A stretch of DNA of 64,000 bases, from the NCBI RefSeq assembly GCF_009914755.1, contig NC_060929.1; one strand, 5' to 3'. The first letter of the stretch is position 1. The number at the start of each line of letters is the position of its first letter. The notes beneath the pieces were generated by a model, which saw only the letters and a program-made list of their open reading frames with translations, was not told the DNA's origin and made no database searches. The translations under genes and the position numbers were made by a program. Positions 12,915-28,690 of the stretch are shown here, piece by piece. This DNA is from the human T2T-CHM13v2.0 reference genome, Homo sapiens.

Positions 12915-13610
12915 ACAAAAATAGTACTTATTGTGCATCTCCTTGTGCCAGACATTGTATAATAATATATGTTATATTATTATATAAATTGTATATTGAT
13001 ATGGTTTGGCTGTGCCCCCATGCAGATCTCATCTTGAATTGTAGTTCTCATAATCTCAGTGTGTTGTGGGTGGGACCTGGTGGATGAATCATGGGGGAGG
13101 TTACCCCCACCCTGCTCTTGTGATATTGAGTGAGTTCTCATGAGATCTGACGGTTTCATAAGATGGTTTTCCCTCTTTGCTCGGCACTTCTTCCTCCTGC
13201 TGCCTTGTGAAGAAGGATGTGTTTGCTTCCCCTTCTGCCATGACTGTAAGTTTCCTGAGGCCTCCCTAGCCACGTGGAACTGTGAGTCAATTAAACCTCT
13301 TTTCCTTATAAATTACCCAATCTCAGGTATTTCTTCATAGCAGCATGAGAACAGAATAATACATATATTAATATATCATATTTATTATATAACATATGTT
13401 TATATATTAAGAAATATAATAATTGTGCCAGGTATTTTATTTCATCCTTTTAACAACCCAATGATTTGGGTATTCTCAATACTCCCATTTTCTAATTGGG
13501 GAAACTGAGTCTCAAGAGAAATTAAGTACTTATCCAAGGTTTCTTGCTCTGGTGAAGCAATCATTTGGATCCAGGCCTGTCTTACTCTAAGGCCCTACAT
13601 TTTTAACTAA
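12915..13610 (-). mobile_element. MIR interrupted by an AT tract and THE1D
   Basis: TGTGCCAGACA..., CATCCTTTTAACAACCCAATGA...GGGGAAACTGAGTCTCAAGAGAAATTAAGTACTTATCCAAGG. Confidence 0.7.
12997..13363 (+). mobile_element. THE1D MaLR solo LTR
   Basis: TGATATGGTTTGGCTGTG...TTTCTTCATAGCAGCATGAGAACAGAATAATACA; perfect 5-bp TSD TATAT. Confidence 0.92.
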
Positions 13611-13829
13611 TCTTACTAATCTTTATGCCCGTCTGAAACCCAGAAATAGCTACATTATGTTACCAAGCCCATACCTTCAACTCAGGTCCTAGCATGTATC
13701 TAATGCCCTCAATTTATGTTTGGACACATTTTGATCTGGAAAATCCATGGCCTTCTTTGATGGATACCAAAAGAGGTTAGAAGGAATGGAGTGAAGTTAT
13801 TTACAAACTTCAACTGACCCTCAGAGTGG

Positions 13830-14174
13830 CATCAGCTATCACTGAGCACTGTGAGACAATCAGGGATAGGCACACAACCCAAGTCATTTTCCAGGACTTT
13901 TGTTTGCACAACTGGGAAAGCTGGCTTGTAATGATGTGAAACTTGGGGGCCTCCGCAAGGACCCCACAACTCTTCCATCTACTATTTCTTCATCCAGAGG
14001 AAATGAAGTGGAGCTAGGGACCAGGAGATGTCCTTTGAACCAGGAATCAATATGGCCTGAAGCCAGATCTTCCCATTTGGACTTTTTAGTTAAGTGATAC
14101 AACATACTTCCTCATTGCCAGGGCCATTTTGGGTCAAGTTTTCTGCCACTCAGTGGTAGACCCCAGCTGATTCA
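13830..14174 (+). mobile_element. MLT1J/K-like MaLR LTR
   Basis: TTTGAACCAGGAATCAA..GCCTGAAGCCAG..TGGACTTTTTAGTTAAGTGA..GTTTTCTGCCACT; boundaries approximate. Confidence 0.6.
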
Positions 14175-15677
14175 GCCAGCCTAAAGAGAAGAGTGTAACA
14201 AGATGTTGAACAGGGTTTCTCCAGACTTGGCACCAAGGCTCATAACACAGAACAACATGTGTGAAATTGTAAAGCCCCTTTTTTTCTGAAGAGAGCAGCC
14301 AATCATGAGACGTTCCTCAAGCCTTCCATAGAGTCTGCAAAGCTGAGCCTACCACATGTGACTGTTCCCCAATTTTGTCTTTATGAAAAAGGAACGGAGA
14401 GAGGAAAGTGTGAGCCTCAATGGAGAAACTGGAGAATCTGTAGGATTTGGAATGAGAGATGATTCACCTCCCCTCCCCACAGAGAGAAGAGATGATTCAC
14501 CTCCTTTCTCCTCACCAAGGCAAGACAGAAGAGCTCAGAGGCTGGGGGCCTGCAAGATTGGCAACCTCAGTGGAATGGATGGATGTCCTGGTTAAACATC
14601 TGCTTAGGTCATGAACTGGCTAATTTGTCTCTACGTAAATCTGAATTGGGGGAAGAAGCACCTAAAGAGAAACACTAGGAAGGAGAGGGTTCTGATCTGC
14701 CCTACCACTGTTTGTGGCAAAGATGAGTGAGTTGACTTTGGGTCAGAAAATAGCCAGGTTGTAGACATCTTGCCCTGCCCACAAGGTGGTTGCCTGAGTA
14801 AGTGCAGGGATTGGGGGAGGGCAGTAACAAGAAGCTTTGTGGTGGGGGCATGTGCTGATGATGGTAGGAAGAAGAGGTGGAGTTCAAGCTGGATCTCCTG
14901 GTTAAGAAACTGTGGAGCAAAAGGGTCTGCACAGCCCTCTGAAAAACCATACAAGAAAGATCCAAAGGAGGGAAGAGACTTAAATCAAATTTGAGGTTGA
15001 TGCTTTAAAATAACAGAGTTTTAATGGCTCAGCATGACTGGAAATTTATGGAATCTATCCCAGATAGTATAAAGTGACAAGAAACAGAGAATGAATTAGG
15101 TATGGCTAAAGGCAGTGACTGGAAGAAATAGAATCTTTATATATGTATACTCCACTGAATGGGGGGGCTGCTTAGTAACTCTAATGGGATATTCGAGAAT
15201 TTATCTCTCATCATACAGACATCTGAAAATGGGCCAAAAGCCAATAGAAACTTTGTCATGAGTGGCCATGGCAAATCTAATGTCAGTATCTTTGTCCACA
15301 GTTTCGTTGCATTGTTGGTCATCTCATAAATCCTATTTCAGAAGGCTTTGCTAGAGGAGCCCGGGGTCGGGGAGGGCTAGGCTTAGGGGAAAGTCAGAGT
15401 TTATGTCCAATGGTTTCCCAGGTTGCACTAAATTGGACAACTAACCAGAATCTATTTAGATTATTATTTTGAAAATATATGAGAAGTTGGTCACTCTTTT
15501 CTATGTGAAAGTTATGTCTCTTATTGTTTTCCATATGTTGGGAGGTGTTATTTTTATTTTAAAATATAATTCTAAAAGATTTCTTTCATTGTCCTGAATA
15601 ATTCTTCAGGGGCATTGGAGGGCCCTAGAATAATCTGGAAAGGATAGTGGGATGTGGGAGAATGGGAACGGAAACCA

Positions 15678-16320
<643 letters not shown>

Positions 16321-16919
16321 GCATAGGTAATGGGAGAAGGTGGTCAGAACTGAAAAATGGAACTAAGGCTCAAGGCCTGTCAATCATTATTCTTTGTAAA
16401 AGGAGTTCTGGATCAGCAACATCTCTCAGACTGGAAATACGAGCTTTTAAGGAGATATAAGGGGTAGAGGTAGCAAGAAAATTCAGAGAATGCTAAAGAA
16501 TGAGGCACTAGTGCCCCTAGGAGGATGTCATCCACCACAGGACACATACCAGGTGCAGAAAGACTCATTTCAGGCAACAGGTAAGGAGACTGAGTTCCAA
16601 ATAAAGCCAGAACTGACTTTGGTAACATATGATTGAATGTGCTACAGGTAAAACCAAAAGAATTTTTAAAAGGATGAAGAAAGAAAAAGTTACAAATGCA
16701 AGTTTCCTGCAAAAAACATTTGAAGCCCAGAAGAAAAATTTTTGAGAGCCAAAAGGTTGAATGTTTCTCCCCTAGGATGGTTTCATAGGGACTATCTTGG
16801 GTATAGTTGGATTAGGAAGAGATTGGTCCATGTACAGAAATGAGATCAGGGAAGGTTATGAATGATTCTGAGAAAATACTAAACCCAAAAGCTGGCTATG
16901 AGGTAAGCATCATGGTTAA

Positions 16920-17262
<343 letters not shown>

Positions 17263-17299
17263 TGAATGTGTACATTTCTGAGACAATAACTCATCTAGC

Positions 17300-18004
17300 A
17301 TTTGCACTATTACAATGGATTTAAAACTGTTCTCCCTGTTTATGAACTTAACCCTACAGTCTGTGGCTCAATGTAAAAGTTAAAATGATCCTTTTAAAAC
17401 TTAAATCTGATCATGTCACTTCACTGCTAAAAGTTCTTCCATAGCTTCCCATCTCACTTGGAATAAATGTCAAAGCCCTTAAAGTGGACACCAAGGCCCA
17501 GGTCTGGTCCCAGCTCTGTTTTATTTGATGTCATTTCCTCCATCCTCGAACACATTGCACATTCTGCTCCAGCCACAGTGGTCCAGCCGTTCCCTGAACA
17601 CATCAAGCACACTCAGGACCTTTTAAATTCCTGTTTCCTCTGCCTAAATGGATCTTTTCCCAGATATCTGCATAATGCACCCCTCACTTCCTTCAGGTCC
17701 TGCTCAATGAATAGTATCAGAGCAGTATTCACTGACCACCCAATACAAAGCAGCAGCCCTCCCACCCAGCTTTCTCTTTTCCACGAACTCGGCTTGTTTT
17801 TCTCATATCACTTATCATTACTTGGTAGATTGGATTTTGTTTTTAGTTGGTCTGTTTATAATCATTTCTCCCCTCTAGAATGCACACTTTCTTAAGATTT
17901 TGTCCACTGATATGTCCCCAGAGTCCAAAACAGTGCCTGGCACATAGTAGGTACTTGATAAACACTTGTTGAATGAAAGAGCGAATGAATAAATAAACAA
18001 ACAA
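17300..18004 (+). mobile_element. L2a 3' end
   Basis: AAATCTGATCATGTCACT..., AGTGCCTGGCACATAGTAGGTACTTGATAAACACTTGTTGAATGAA terminus. Confidence 0.85.
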
Positions 18005-18931
18005 AGGAAACTTTCAATGACATCGAGAAAATTAACAGTCATAGAGTAGGGAACTACACAAATTTGAAAGACATTTAGTACTTGGGCTCTTTCCAAAATT
18101 AAAAAAAATTATAATTACCCTCGTCTGTTCCTCCACTGTGATGAGTAATGTTAGTGACATGAAGTTGAAAGAATGGGTGATTGCTTTCTGGAAAGAAAGA
18201 AGGCCGACTCCTTGAAAACTGTTGAAAGATCAGAAAGGAGTAGATAGGGTTCCAGGCTTGCATGAAGAAATTGGCTCTGAACTTCACCAATAAAGGACCC
18301 ATATGTGGGTTTACAACTAAGAGGACATTATGTTTAAAAACTGTCATTGAAATTGTGCCAGAATCTGTAATCAGGACCTATGACTTTTCTGGTTTTCTTA
18401 ACTTAAAAAAAAAAAAAGTCCATGATTTAGATATATTTCTTCAGAATGTTGCCTGTCATCAAGACCTAGTAGTGACAGTGTCCTTAGGGATTACTAGTGG
18501 GCTTTCTTAATTTGCTGAGCGTTTTTTTCTTCTGTAATACATACGTATAAAATATAATAGGAAGAGAAAGACAAATATTTGAAATATTTTCTCTGAAAGC
18601 TTTTTTCCCCCCCTCTCCCTCTTTGATACCATGGATATATTTGTTTGAACATATGTATAGTGAATTTCCCCTCATGGAGTTGTTTATCCTCAGCTACCTT
18701 TTGCTGCTAGAAGTAGGTGCGAAGGGGCTAGGCACAGCATGAGTAACTTAATTTATTACATAATATTAGGCATTTAACATAACATTAATCAAACCTCTCC
18801 AACTGGAAAAGACCAAAAGACAAAAATGAAAACCATGCTGCTGTAACAAATATCTATATTTGAGATGGGCGAGGCCTTACCATTTTTAAGACTTAGATTT
18901 GCTTAATGTTTTTAATTTTAACTTTATTTAG

Positions 18932-19308
18932 TGTATTAGTTTGTTCTCACACTGCTATGAAGAAATACCCAAGACTGGGTAATTTATGAAGGAAAGAAGT
19001 TTAATTGACTCACATGTCTGCATCATTGGGGAGGCCTCAGAAAACTTATAATCATGGAGGAAGGGGAAGCAAACACATCCTTCTTCACATGGCAGTAGCA
19101 AGGAGAAGTGCAGAGTGAAGGGTGGGGGGAAGCCCTTTATAAAACCAACAGCTCTTGTGAGAACTCATTCACTATCACAAGAATAGCATGGGGGTAACTG
19201 ACCCCATCATTCAATTACCTCCCACCAAGTCCCTCCCATGACATGTGGGGATTGTGGGAACTACAATTCAAGATGAGATTTGGGTGGGGACACCACAAAA
19301 CCATATCA
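18932..19308 (-). mobile_element. THE1D MaLR solo LTR
   Basis: TGTATTAGTTTGTTCTCACACTGCTATGAAGAAATACCC...AAACCATATCA; perfect TSD TTTAG. Confidence 0.9.
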
Positions 19309-19839
19309 TTTAGTTTCAAAGGTTTTTCAAGTACAAATGTTGAAAATATAGCCTTGTTTTTAGAGTAATTTATTTTAATTCAAGTTTAATAAACTCAAGA
19401 TGGGAATATGACTCAAGAACAATGAAATGTGTTTTTCTAAGCAAGCATATTAGATTATAATACAAAGAAAACATGTGAATAAAACCACAAAGAATACAGT
19501 TTTTAATTAGAATATTTTATGGGCCCAGTTCTCCTTTTAGGGTTTATAGAATTATGTGCCCAGTTCCCATTAAATGTAAAAAAACAACTAATGCACAAAA
19601 TCTCACCACACACTACAGTCAAAATGTGACTTGAGACCAAAGAGTTATTCCATTTCTTGCATTGACCAAAACCTCATTTTGTTGTTCTGTACCTAGATGA
19701 AACTTTTCATGACCTCTTTACAGTAATAAAATACTCTGTCCTTTGACTCTATCTATGGAGTCCTGTCTATTTCCCCACTTCTCAGTTCTGGTACTCCTAA
19801 CCTACTTTATACTTTGGACACTTATTATCTGTTTCCTTT

Positions 19840-20360
19840 GTTCATTTATCCACTCATTTAAGAAATAAAAATTGATTGAATACCAAAGTCCAACCCCTCC
19901 CTAAGGGGAAAAAAATAATGTATCAATCCAATTTCAGTCGACTACAATTTAAAGATGAGATGACATGTTCATCAGTAATTATATTCTGGGGTTTGGTGTG
20001 ATCTTTAGCTGTACAGAGCCAAGTTCCATAGGAATTCACCTGTGTAACCTCCAGACAGATCATGAAAAGTTTTCATCAGGGAGATGAAATGTAAGCTGGA
20101 CTTTGAAGACTATACAGCAAGAGTAGAGACAGAGAAGGGAGGTCACTGTTGGTGGAAGAATACCAAAAAAAAGGAATTTTGAGGGGAGGAAAGAATGTTA
20201 GCTAAGCTGCTAAAGCAGGAAAGTCCAGGAAGTGTTCTAGATAATGGAAACTAGTGAAGATTTTTGTGGGGATTCAGTAGCCAAGTAAAGGTAGAGGTGT
20301 ATGAAATGATAGCTTCAAATTGGATAGTGTGGGTATCTGAATGCCAAAATGAATTAGCTA
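19840..20360 (-). mobile_element. L2 fragments (further pieces at ~21150-21350)
   Basis: TTCATTTATCCACTCATT start; AAGCTGGACTTTGAAG..., TCTGAATGCCAAAATG; degenerate. Confidence 0.5.
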
Positions 20361-20686
<326 letters not shown>

Positions 20687-20700
20687 AAGAAGCAAAGTCT

Positions 20701-21138
20701 GATTGAAATGATAAACATATTTGTTGTTTTTCTAAAAAGAAGTCCAGAATGGCAGTCCCAAGGTGTGTCAACAGCTCCCCAGATTTCTGATGGACCAGAA
20801 TCTTTCCACTTATGCTCTGCTATCCTTAGGGAATTTTAACCCATATTCATTTCCTCATGGTCATAAGATAGATGCGGAAGCTTCAGGCATTACATTTATA
20901 TTCAAGACAGGAAGTAGAAAAAACATAGCAACAACCACATATGTTTTTCTTATCAGAAAACCAAAGGCTTTCTCAAAATCCCTCAGTAGTTCTATCTCAT
21001 TGTCCAAAAATTAGTCAGTGCCACTTGTAGTTGAAAGATAGGTAGAGAAAAAAATCTATCTGCTTTCCAGCCTTTCTGGTGAGAATGTCAGTGAAGAAGT
21101 GTTGGGAAAGGCTGTTGCCCTAACTAGCCAACCTGCCC
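20701..21138 (-). mobile_element. MLT1I/J-like MaLR LTR
   Basis: AAGAAGTCCAGAATGGCAGTCC..., CCTCATGGTCATAAGATAG..., TTCCAGCCT...GGCTGTTG. Confidence 0.65.
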
Positions 21139-21359
21139 AAGCTAGGGGGAACTGTATGGAACTTGTAGACAATAGGCAGTCATTAATTTTCAGAAGAGAA
21201 ACAACACAGAATAAAGCTATAATATGATTGATTCAATGGTGTTGTTGAAGAATGAATTAGAGATCTGAGAGGGTAGAGGCAAAAAGAAACATTAAGAACG
21301 TTCTTCCTTTTAGACATGTTACATTTGAAATTTTATTGAAAATATATCCATTGTTGAAC

Positions 21360-21412
21360 TATATATACACATATATGTATATATACACACACACACATAT
21401 ATATATATATAT
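21360..21412. repeat. (TA)/(CA) microsatellite
   Basis: Directly visible. Confidence 0.9.
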
Positions 21413-22351
21413 CTCCCCATTGAAAATATATCCCAGGTGGGACAGACTTTGAAAGTATTCATAGTATTTGAAGAATTTGAAGGTAGGAATATGAGTTTGT
21501 GTTAACTTTTGTCTTCTGTCTTTGAGTAGGTTGAAATCACACTATGCCCACCACACTTTGCTGTAGGTGGGCAACACAGAACCAATGTTATAGATGCTTA
21601 CCTCTCTGGCTGCAGACATTTCCACCTGGATATTCCACTATAATTTGCCATTTATCACTTCAAAAATGGATTTAAATGGCCACTATGACTAAAATAATAT
21701 ATGGCTTAAGGCATATTTTTGTACTCTGTTGAAGCATTTCCATTATTAGAATGACTAGGGATTGCATTTGCATCTATTTTAGAGAAACATAAAATAAACA
21801 CGAGTAACACTTAGGCCAAATTTGAATGGGAACAAATTTTAATCATTCTTTGTACTATCCACAATTACAATATGTTTTCATTCAAGGATAACATTTTATT
21901 ATATGCAGTGCAAAAATTGAGACTGTGTTTACGCTTAAGTGACATAGGAAACTTGCCATTAATTCTATTAAAAACATGGATAATTATGAAAGAGTTTGTT
22001 AAAATTTCCATATCACATTTTGAGTCTGGTTTTCAAATTTTAAAGAAATAAAAGTTATCATTTCTGTCCCATGAGTATGCCAGGTGTTAGAATGACAGAT
22101 GGAATCAAAGAGTCTACTCTATCCCATCACTTACTCTTCTTGCTCTGTTTATACTATGTAATTGGTAAAGGCTGCTTCCAATTGGTTTTAGATTGAGATG
22201 GAGATAATTAAGCTAGTAAATAAGAAAAAGGTATGTTAGAATTGTTACAGGATCAGAAACCTGGCTTTCATAGTAAGTTATGATAGAATCTGATGCCTAA
22301 AATGTAATCTGTTGCAACCATGGCACAAAGGAGGCCATTGTTCCTACATCC

Positions 22352-22549
22352 TTAGTATAGTAGAGTAATGAGGGGGAAGGCCCCGGAATCAGAATGTCTG
22401 TATTTTAATTATGGATCCATCGCTTACTGGCTCTGGGAAAATTAGTTAACATTTCTGTACCTCAGTTTCCTCATTAATTTAAAAGAGGATTACTGGGAGG
22501 GTTCAATGAGATAATCCATACAAAGCACATGGAGCGGTGCCTAAGCATG
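22352..22549 (+). mobile_element. MIR
   Basis: TTAACATTTCTGTACCTCAGTTTCCTCAT core...AATGAGATAATCCATACAAAGCAC. Confidence 0.8.
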
Positions 22550-22685
22550 CTTCTGCTATTGTTGCTGCTGCTACTACTGCTATTATTACATTGCTACTAC
22601 TATTACAACACTATTGTTACTACTATTATTACTGTTACTAATATACTGTTACTAGTATACTACTGTACTACTACTACTGCTACTC
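22550..22685. repeat. (CTA/TAC/TTA)n trinucleotide repeat
   Basis: Directly visible; expansion of the MIR tail. Confidence 0.9.
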
Positions 22686-23479
22686 TTGTGACAACCAAGA
22701 TGGAAATTTTTTTTGATAGACAAAATGACAAAAAAGTCTCAGTTTGTTTTTACAAAGATCTCAAATGATCTGGCTGGCAGTGATCTCATGTGACCTGTCA
22801 GCAGTATGTGGCAAAGTGAATCATTTCTTGTGCTTCAATTCACTTTCTTCTGTAGACCTCTAAAGACACTGCACTCTTTCTGTCTGCTTTTTCCCTGTAT
22901 CACTGGCTGCCCCTTCTCAGTCTCCATTCCTGGTTCTTCTTCTTCTTCTTGAACTCCCAGTACACTGAAGCATTAGCATGAACTTTAGTATGAGTGTATT
23001 CTTTCCAGGTCTCGATTCGTGGTCCTTTCCTTTATCTTTAGTCATGCCTGAAGTGATATTGTTTGGTCCCATCATTTTAAATATCAGCTATAATCTGATG
23101 ACTCCAGCCTGAAACTATCTCTCAAATTTTACCCTCGATATCAAACTGCCTATATCACATTCCTACCCATATATCTAGCAGACATGTCAAGTAACATGAT
23201 CAAAATTCAATTCCTGATCTTCTCTCAAAAATCTGTTCCACATACAATCTCCCCTTAATCTGGGTATGGCAACTCCATCATTCTAGGGGCTCAGGCCGAA
23301 AACCTCAGGCCCATCCCTGCCTCCTCTCCTTTCCTCCTTTTCGTGCCATGCCTATCTATCAAGAAATCCTGTTGCATCAACCTTGAAAGTGGGTAAAAGC
23401 TCTGACCGAGTCACACCCCCTCCACCTCCCACCCCAGTCTGCAACCACTATCTCCCACCAGGACATCAAAAATGGCCTT

Positions 23480-24251
<772 letters not shown>

Positions 24252-24807
24252 TCTTCCTAACTCATCTCCCTGCTACTACCTTTGCCCACTAAAGTCTATT
24301 CTCAGCATAGCAGGCAGGAAGGACTTAAAAAAAAACACCATCAGAATTACATCACTCTTTTGCTCAAAACTTAAAACAGCTCACCTTACAGTGGCCTACA
24401 AGGCTCTAATTCATTTGGCTTCTTGTTACTGCTCTGCCCACATCTCCTGTTAATCAACCTTTTGTGCTCTCCATTCCAACCACAGTGCCTCCTCGCTATT
24501 TTGAACACACCAGGAACACTCCTGCCTGAGGACCTTTGCCCCAAGTGTTCCTGGCGGTTGCTCTGCCTTAAACGCTCTTTCTTTAGATAGCCCCTTGGCT
24601 AAGTCTCCCGATATCTTTCAGTCTTTTCTCAAATCTCACCTTCCCAATGAGGTCTCCCCATTTCAAAAGACCATTCTGATCCCCATTTCTAGCCTTTCCA
24701 GCTCACTTTATCCTGTTCTACTTTTTCATTTTTTTCACACCTATCGTCTTCTAATGTATCATATAATTTACCTAATTCTTATGTTTATTATTTATTGTAT
24801 GTTTCTC

Positions 24808-25674
24808 TGCATGAGTCAGGGTTCTCCAGAGAAATAAAACTAATAGCAATAGGATAAGTGTGTGTGTGTGTATATGTATATATGTGTGTATACGTATATG
24901 TGTGTATATATATGAGTGTGCATATATGTGTGTATATATACACACACATATATATGTACACACATGCACACACACACACATCCTGTTGCTATTGGTTTCA
25001 TTTCTCTGGAGAACCCTGACTATATATACGCACACACACACACACACACACACAAATATATATATTTATTTTAAATAAATGTGTGTTTTTGTGTGTATAT
25101 ATACACGCACACACATATATATGCACACGTATCTAAAATAAATAAATACGTGTGTGCATATATGTGTATATTTACTTATTTATATGTATATGTATTTATA
25201 TTTATTTATATGTATATTTCTTTTTATATGTATGTATTTGTATATGTTTATTTATATATGTATATATATTTATATATTTATTTATATATATATATTTATA
25301 TATATATATACACACATTTACTTATTTTAAGGAATTACCTCACATTATTATGGGTACTGGCAAGTTTACATTCTGCAAGGCAGACTGGCAGTCCAGAGAT
25401 ACAGGAAGAATTGATATTCAGCTTAAATCTGAAGGCAGTTTGGAGAAAAAAATTCCCTCTTCTGTAGGGGGCCTCAGTCTTTTTCTCTGAAGGCCTTCAA
25501 CTGATTGGATGGGCCCACTCTCATTATGACAGGTCATCTGCTTTACTCTAAGTCTACTGATTTAAATGTTCATCCCACCAAAAAATATCTTCATGGCAAC
25601 ATCTAGACTGGCATTTGACCAAATATCTGTGTACCATGGCCTACCCAAAGTGACACATAAAATTAACCATCACA
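24808..25674 (-). mobile_element. MLT2D-like ERVL LTR with an expanded internal microsatellite
   Basis: AGTCAGGGTTCTCCAGAGAAA ... ACACATAAAATTAACCATCACA; perfect TSD TTCTC (24803-24807 / 25675-25679). Confidence 0.88.
24858..25316. repeat. (TG)/(TA)/(CA) compound microsatellite
   Basis: Directly visible; interrupted at 24981-25021 by an inverted LTR end. Confidence 0.9.
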
Positions 25675-26832
25675 TTCTCTTCACCAAAATATAAGCTCTT
25701 TGAGAGAAAAAAATATTTATTTTGTTCCTTAATATATCTCAAGTGTCTAGAACTATGCCCAGCATATGGTTAGCAGATATGTCAAATGAATCAAGGAAGT
25801 AATGATTGAACCTTAAAAAATAAAAGGAAAACCCAGCAGGAATATTTGAGAGTGGCTGGAGGCTGGTGGGGTCAGTGCAGAAGGGCCCCTGAAGGATGTG
25901 TGTTCTACACATAGTTTTGAAAGGAGGATGGGATATAATTTGGCAGAAGAAGGAGAGGAAAAACTCCAGGAAATCAGAATGATGTGTATGTTGGCTCAAA
26001 GTGAGGAGAAAGCAAACAAAGTGTACCCTCTAAGATAACCACATCTTATGTCAATAAGAAGGACATTTTTCAATTATTCCTGAAAAACTAAACACTTCCT
26101 TATTATCTGTTGAAATTCCAATGCATCATTTATCTGTCTATAATAGTCAAAAACTGTGGTCTCTGGAACATTTGAGCTTTTTCTAAGTGAAATAAAGCAT
26201 TTATACAAAGCATATGCATGCAACATAACCTTCAGTCATGATTTTCTTGTATGTACCCCCAATAAGACCACTACAAATAGAAAAAGCCATTCCTTAGATC
26301 AAACCAGCACTTACAAGTCAAATTCAATTTAATGACAGTATTACAAGCATCAGCCAAACCTGGGCCATTTTCTGCATGACACGCAGAATCTCTGGAGCAG
26401 ACCTCCTGCCAAATTTACTCAGGTATAAAATTCTCTTAATATCTGACACTGATGAGGGCCTGGGAGACTCCCAGGCACCTATTATTTCTACTCAAATCTA
26501 AAACTACAGATTGCCTGGAGAAGGTGTTTTTAAAAATAATTACTTCTCATTGTAGTTAATTTAACCGTCACAAAAATAATCTCTGGAAACTGTCTATTTA
26601 GGAATCTCTCTACTTAAATATCTACCCATCTTTCTCTATTTACCATGCTCCAGTGTTTTGTACACTGTAATTATCCATCGGCATCCAAATTATAATATAA
26701 ACGTAAGTCGTCCCTCTGCTCTTTAAGTCAAAGAATGGAGTGCTTGCTAGATTCAGAGTAAGAAGAGTCTGCTCATCAATGGCACGTCAATTCAAACTGC
26801 TCTTCAGATTCGAGTGGCTATAAATCTCTCTA

Positions 26833-27312
<480 letters not shown>

Positions 27313-28484
27313 TTAGAATATTTGCAGTCCCCTTTTCTCCAGCAATACTGGGTCAGATTATAAGACTATGGCAGAACTATTTTTTAACAAGATATAACAG
27401 CCATTCCTTTATGCACTTATTAGATATTTGTATTTAAACTATCTGCAGATTTTTATTTAAAAAGCTAAATATTTAATACAAAACATATACTCAAACACTA
27501 ATTCTACACTTAAGTACTTACACTTTGACTCAAGGTGAGAAGGTGAGTATAAATGCAGGCAAGACACATTGAAATTTATTTTCAATATTGATTTACTCAA
27601 ATAAATTTAAAACATATTTCACAGGATTGATTAGCATCATCTACTAATGATTAGCAACTATTTTATTGCTAACTGAGGGAAGCAACAATAAGCATTCTAG
27701 TGCAACCAGGTATTCAAGTGGCTACCGAGAAAAATTTTTGTAAGTCAATGAAAATGTTAGTGTATATTAGTAGTGTATGTAAAGTGTTAGCTATTCATTT
27801 CCAACAGCATAAGCCAAGTTTATCCCAGAATCTCTATAAACTCAAGATATACTTTTCTGATCCTCTGAGTTGTCTGAGCTATTAAGATAAAGTTCTGTGT
27901 GGCTTTTGCAATTCAACTCCATCTTATATTGTTGATTACCTAGTACTAGAGTCAGAAAAATAAAGCTCAGGAAAGAAAAAAGTAACAGAAATCATGTCCA
28001 AATTATTCATCTGATAAAGAAGGGGGAAATGATGAGCATTTTATTGTTGGCACTTATAAGTTTTCTCTTCTTTTTCTTAGATCTTAATTTGCTTGATGCC
28101 AGACTTCAACCCTGATAATTCTCTTGCTGGAAATTTGTTCTGTATAATGAAAGAATATTACCAATAGTCTTTGATAAATAATTTGCAGGCTCACAACCTC
28201 TTACTGTATAATTTGTAGCTAGGTAGCTTCTCCACCCAACAACCTTCTGAAAAGCAGAAACCTCTTTAGCAGACCCTGTCTAGACATTCACTGTGAATTT
28301 CTTCTAAGTTAACTTGTGTTCGGATTAGTACATGCAACTAACCTAACTTTCACCTAAAGTTGGATTGATGCTGGGTATTTCATCTCCTTTTTGGACAGTT
28401 TTAAGAAAGCAAAATAAAAAATTTTATAGTGGCTGGGAGTAGTGATTTTTCTGAAACACTTTACCCCATTAAGAAAATAATATG

Positions 28485-28690
28485 GGCCGGGCGTGGTGGC
28501 TCACACCTGTAATCCCAAGAACCTTGGAAGGCCAAGGCAAACAGATCGCCTGAGGTCAGGAGTTCGAGACCAGCCTGGCCAATATGGTGAAACCCCTTCT
28601 CTAGTAAAAATACAAAAATTAGCTGGGCATGGTGGCAGGTGCCTGTAATCCCAGCTACTCAGGAGGCTGAGGCAGGAGAATCACTTGAAC
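28485..28690 (+). mobile_element. AluS, 3'-truncated (no tail)
   Basis: Intact 5' end; similarity stops abruptly after GGAGAATCACTTGAAC. Confidence 0.92.

Noticed and set aside
18137-18200. GTGATGA box-C-like motif suggesting a C/D snoRNA
   Set aside because: No suitably placed CTGA D box or terminal stem.
22529-22768. Signal-peptide-like poly-Leu ORF
   Set aside because: Translation of a (CTA/CTG/TTA)n repeat at a MIR tail.
24772-25490. Several YI/VC/HT-rich ORFs
   Set aside because: Dinucleotide microsatellite translations.
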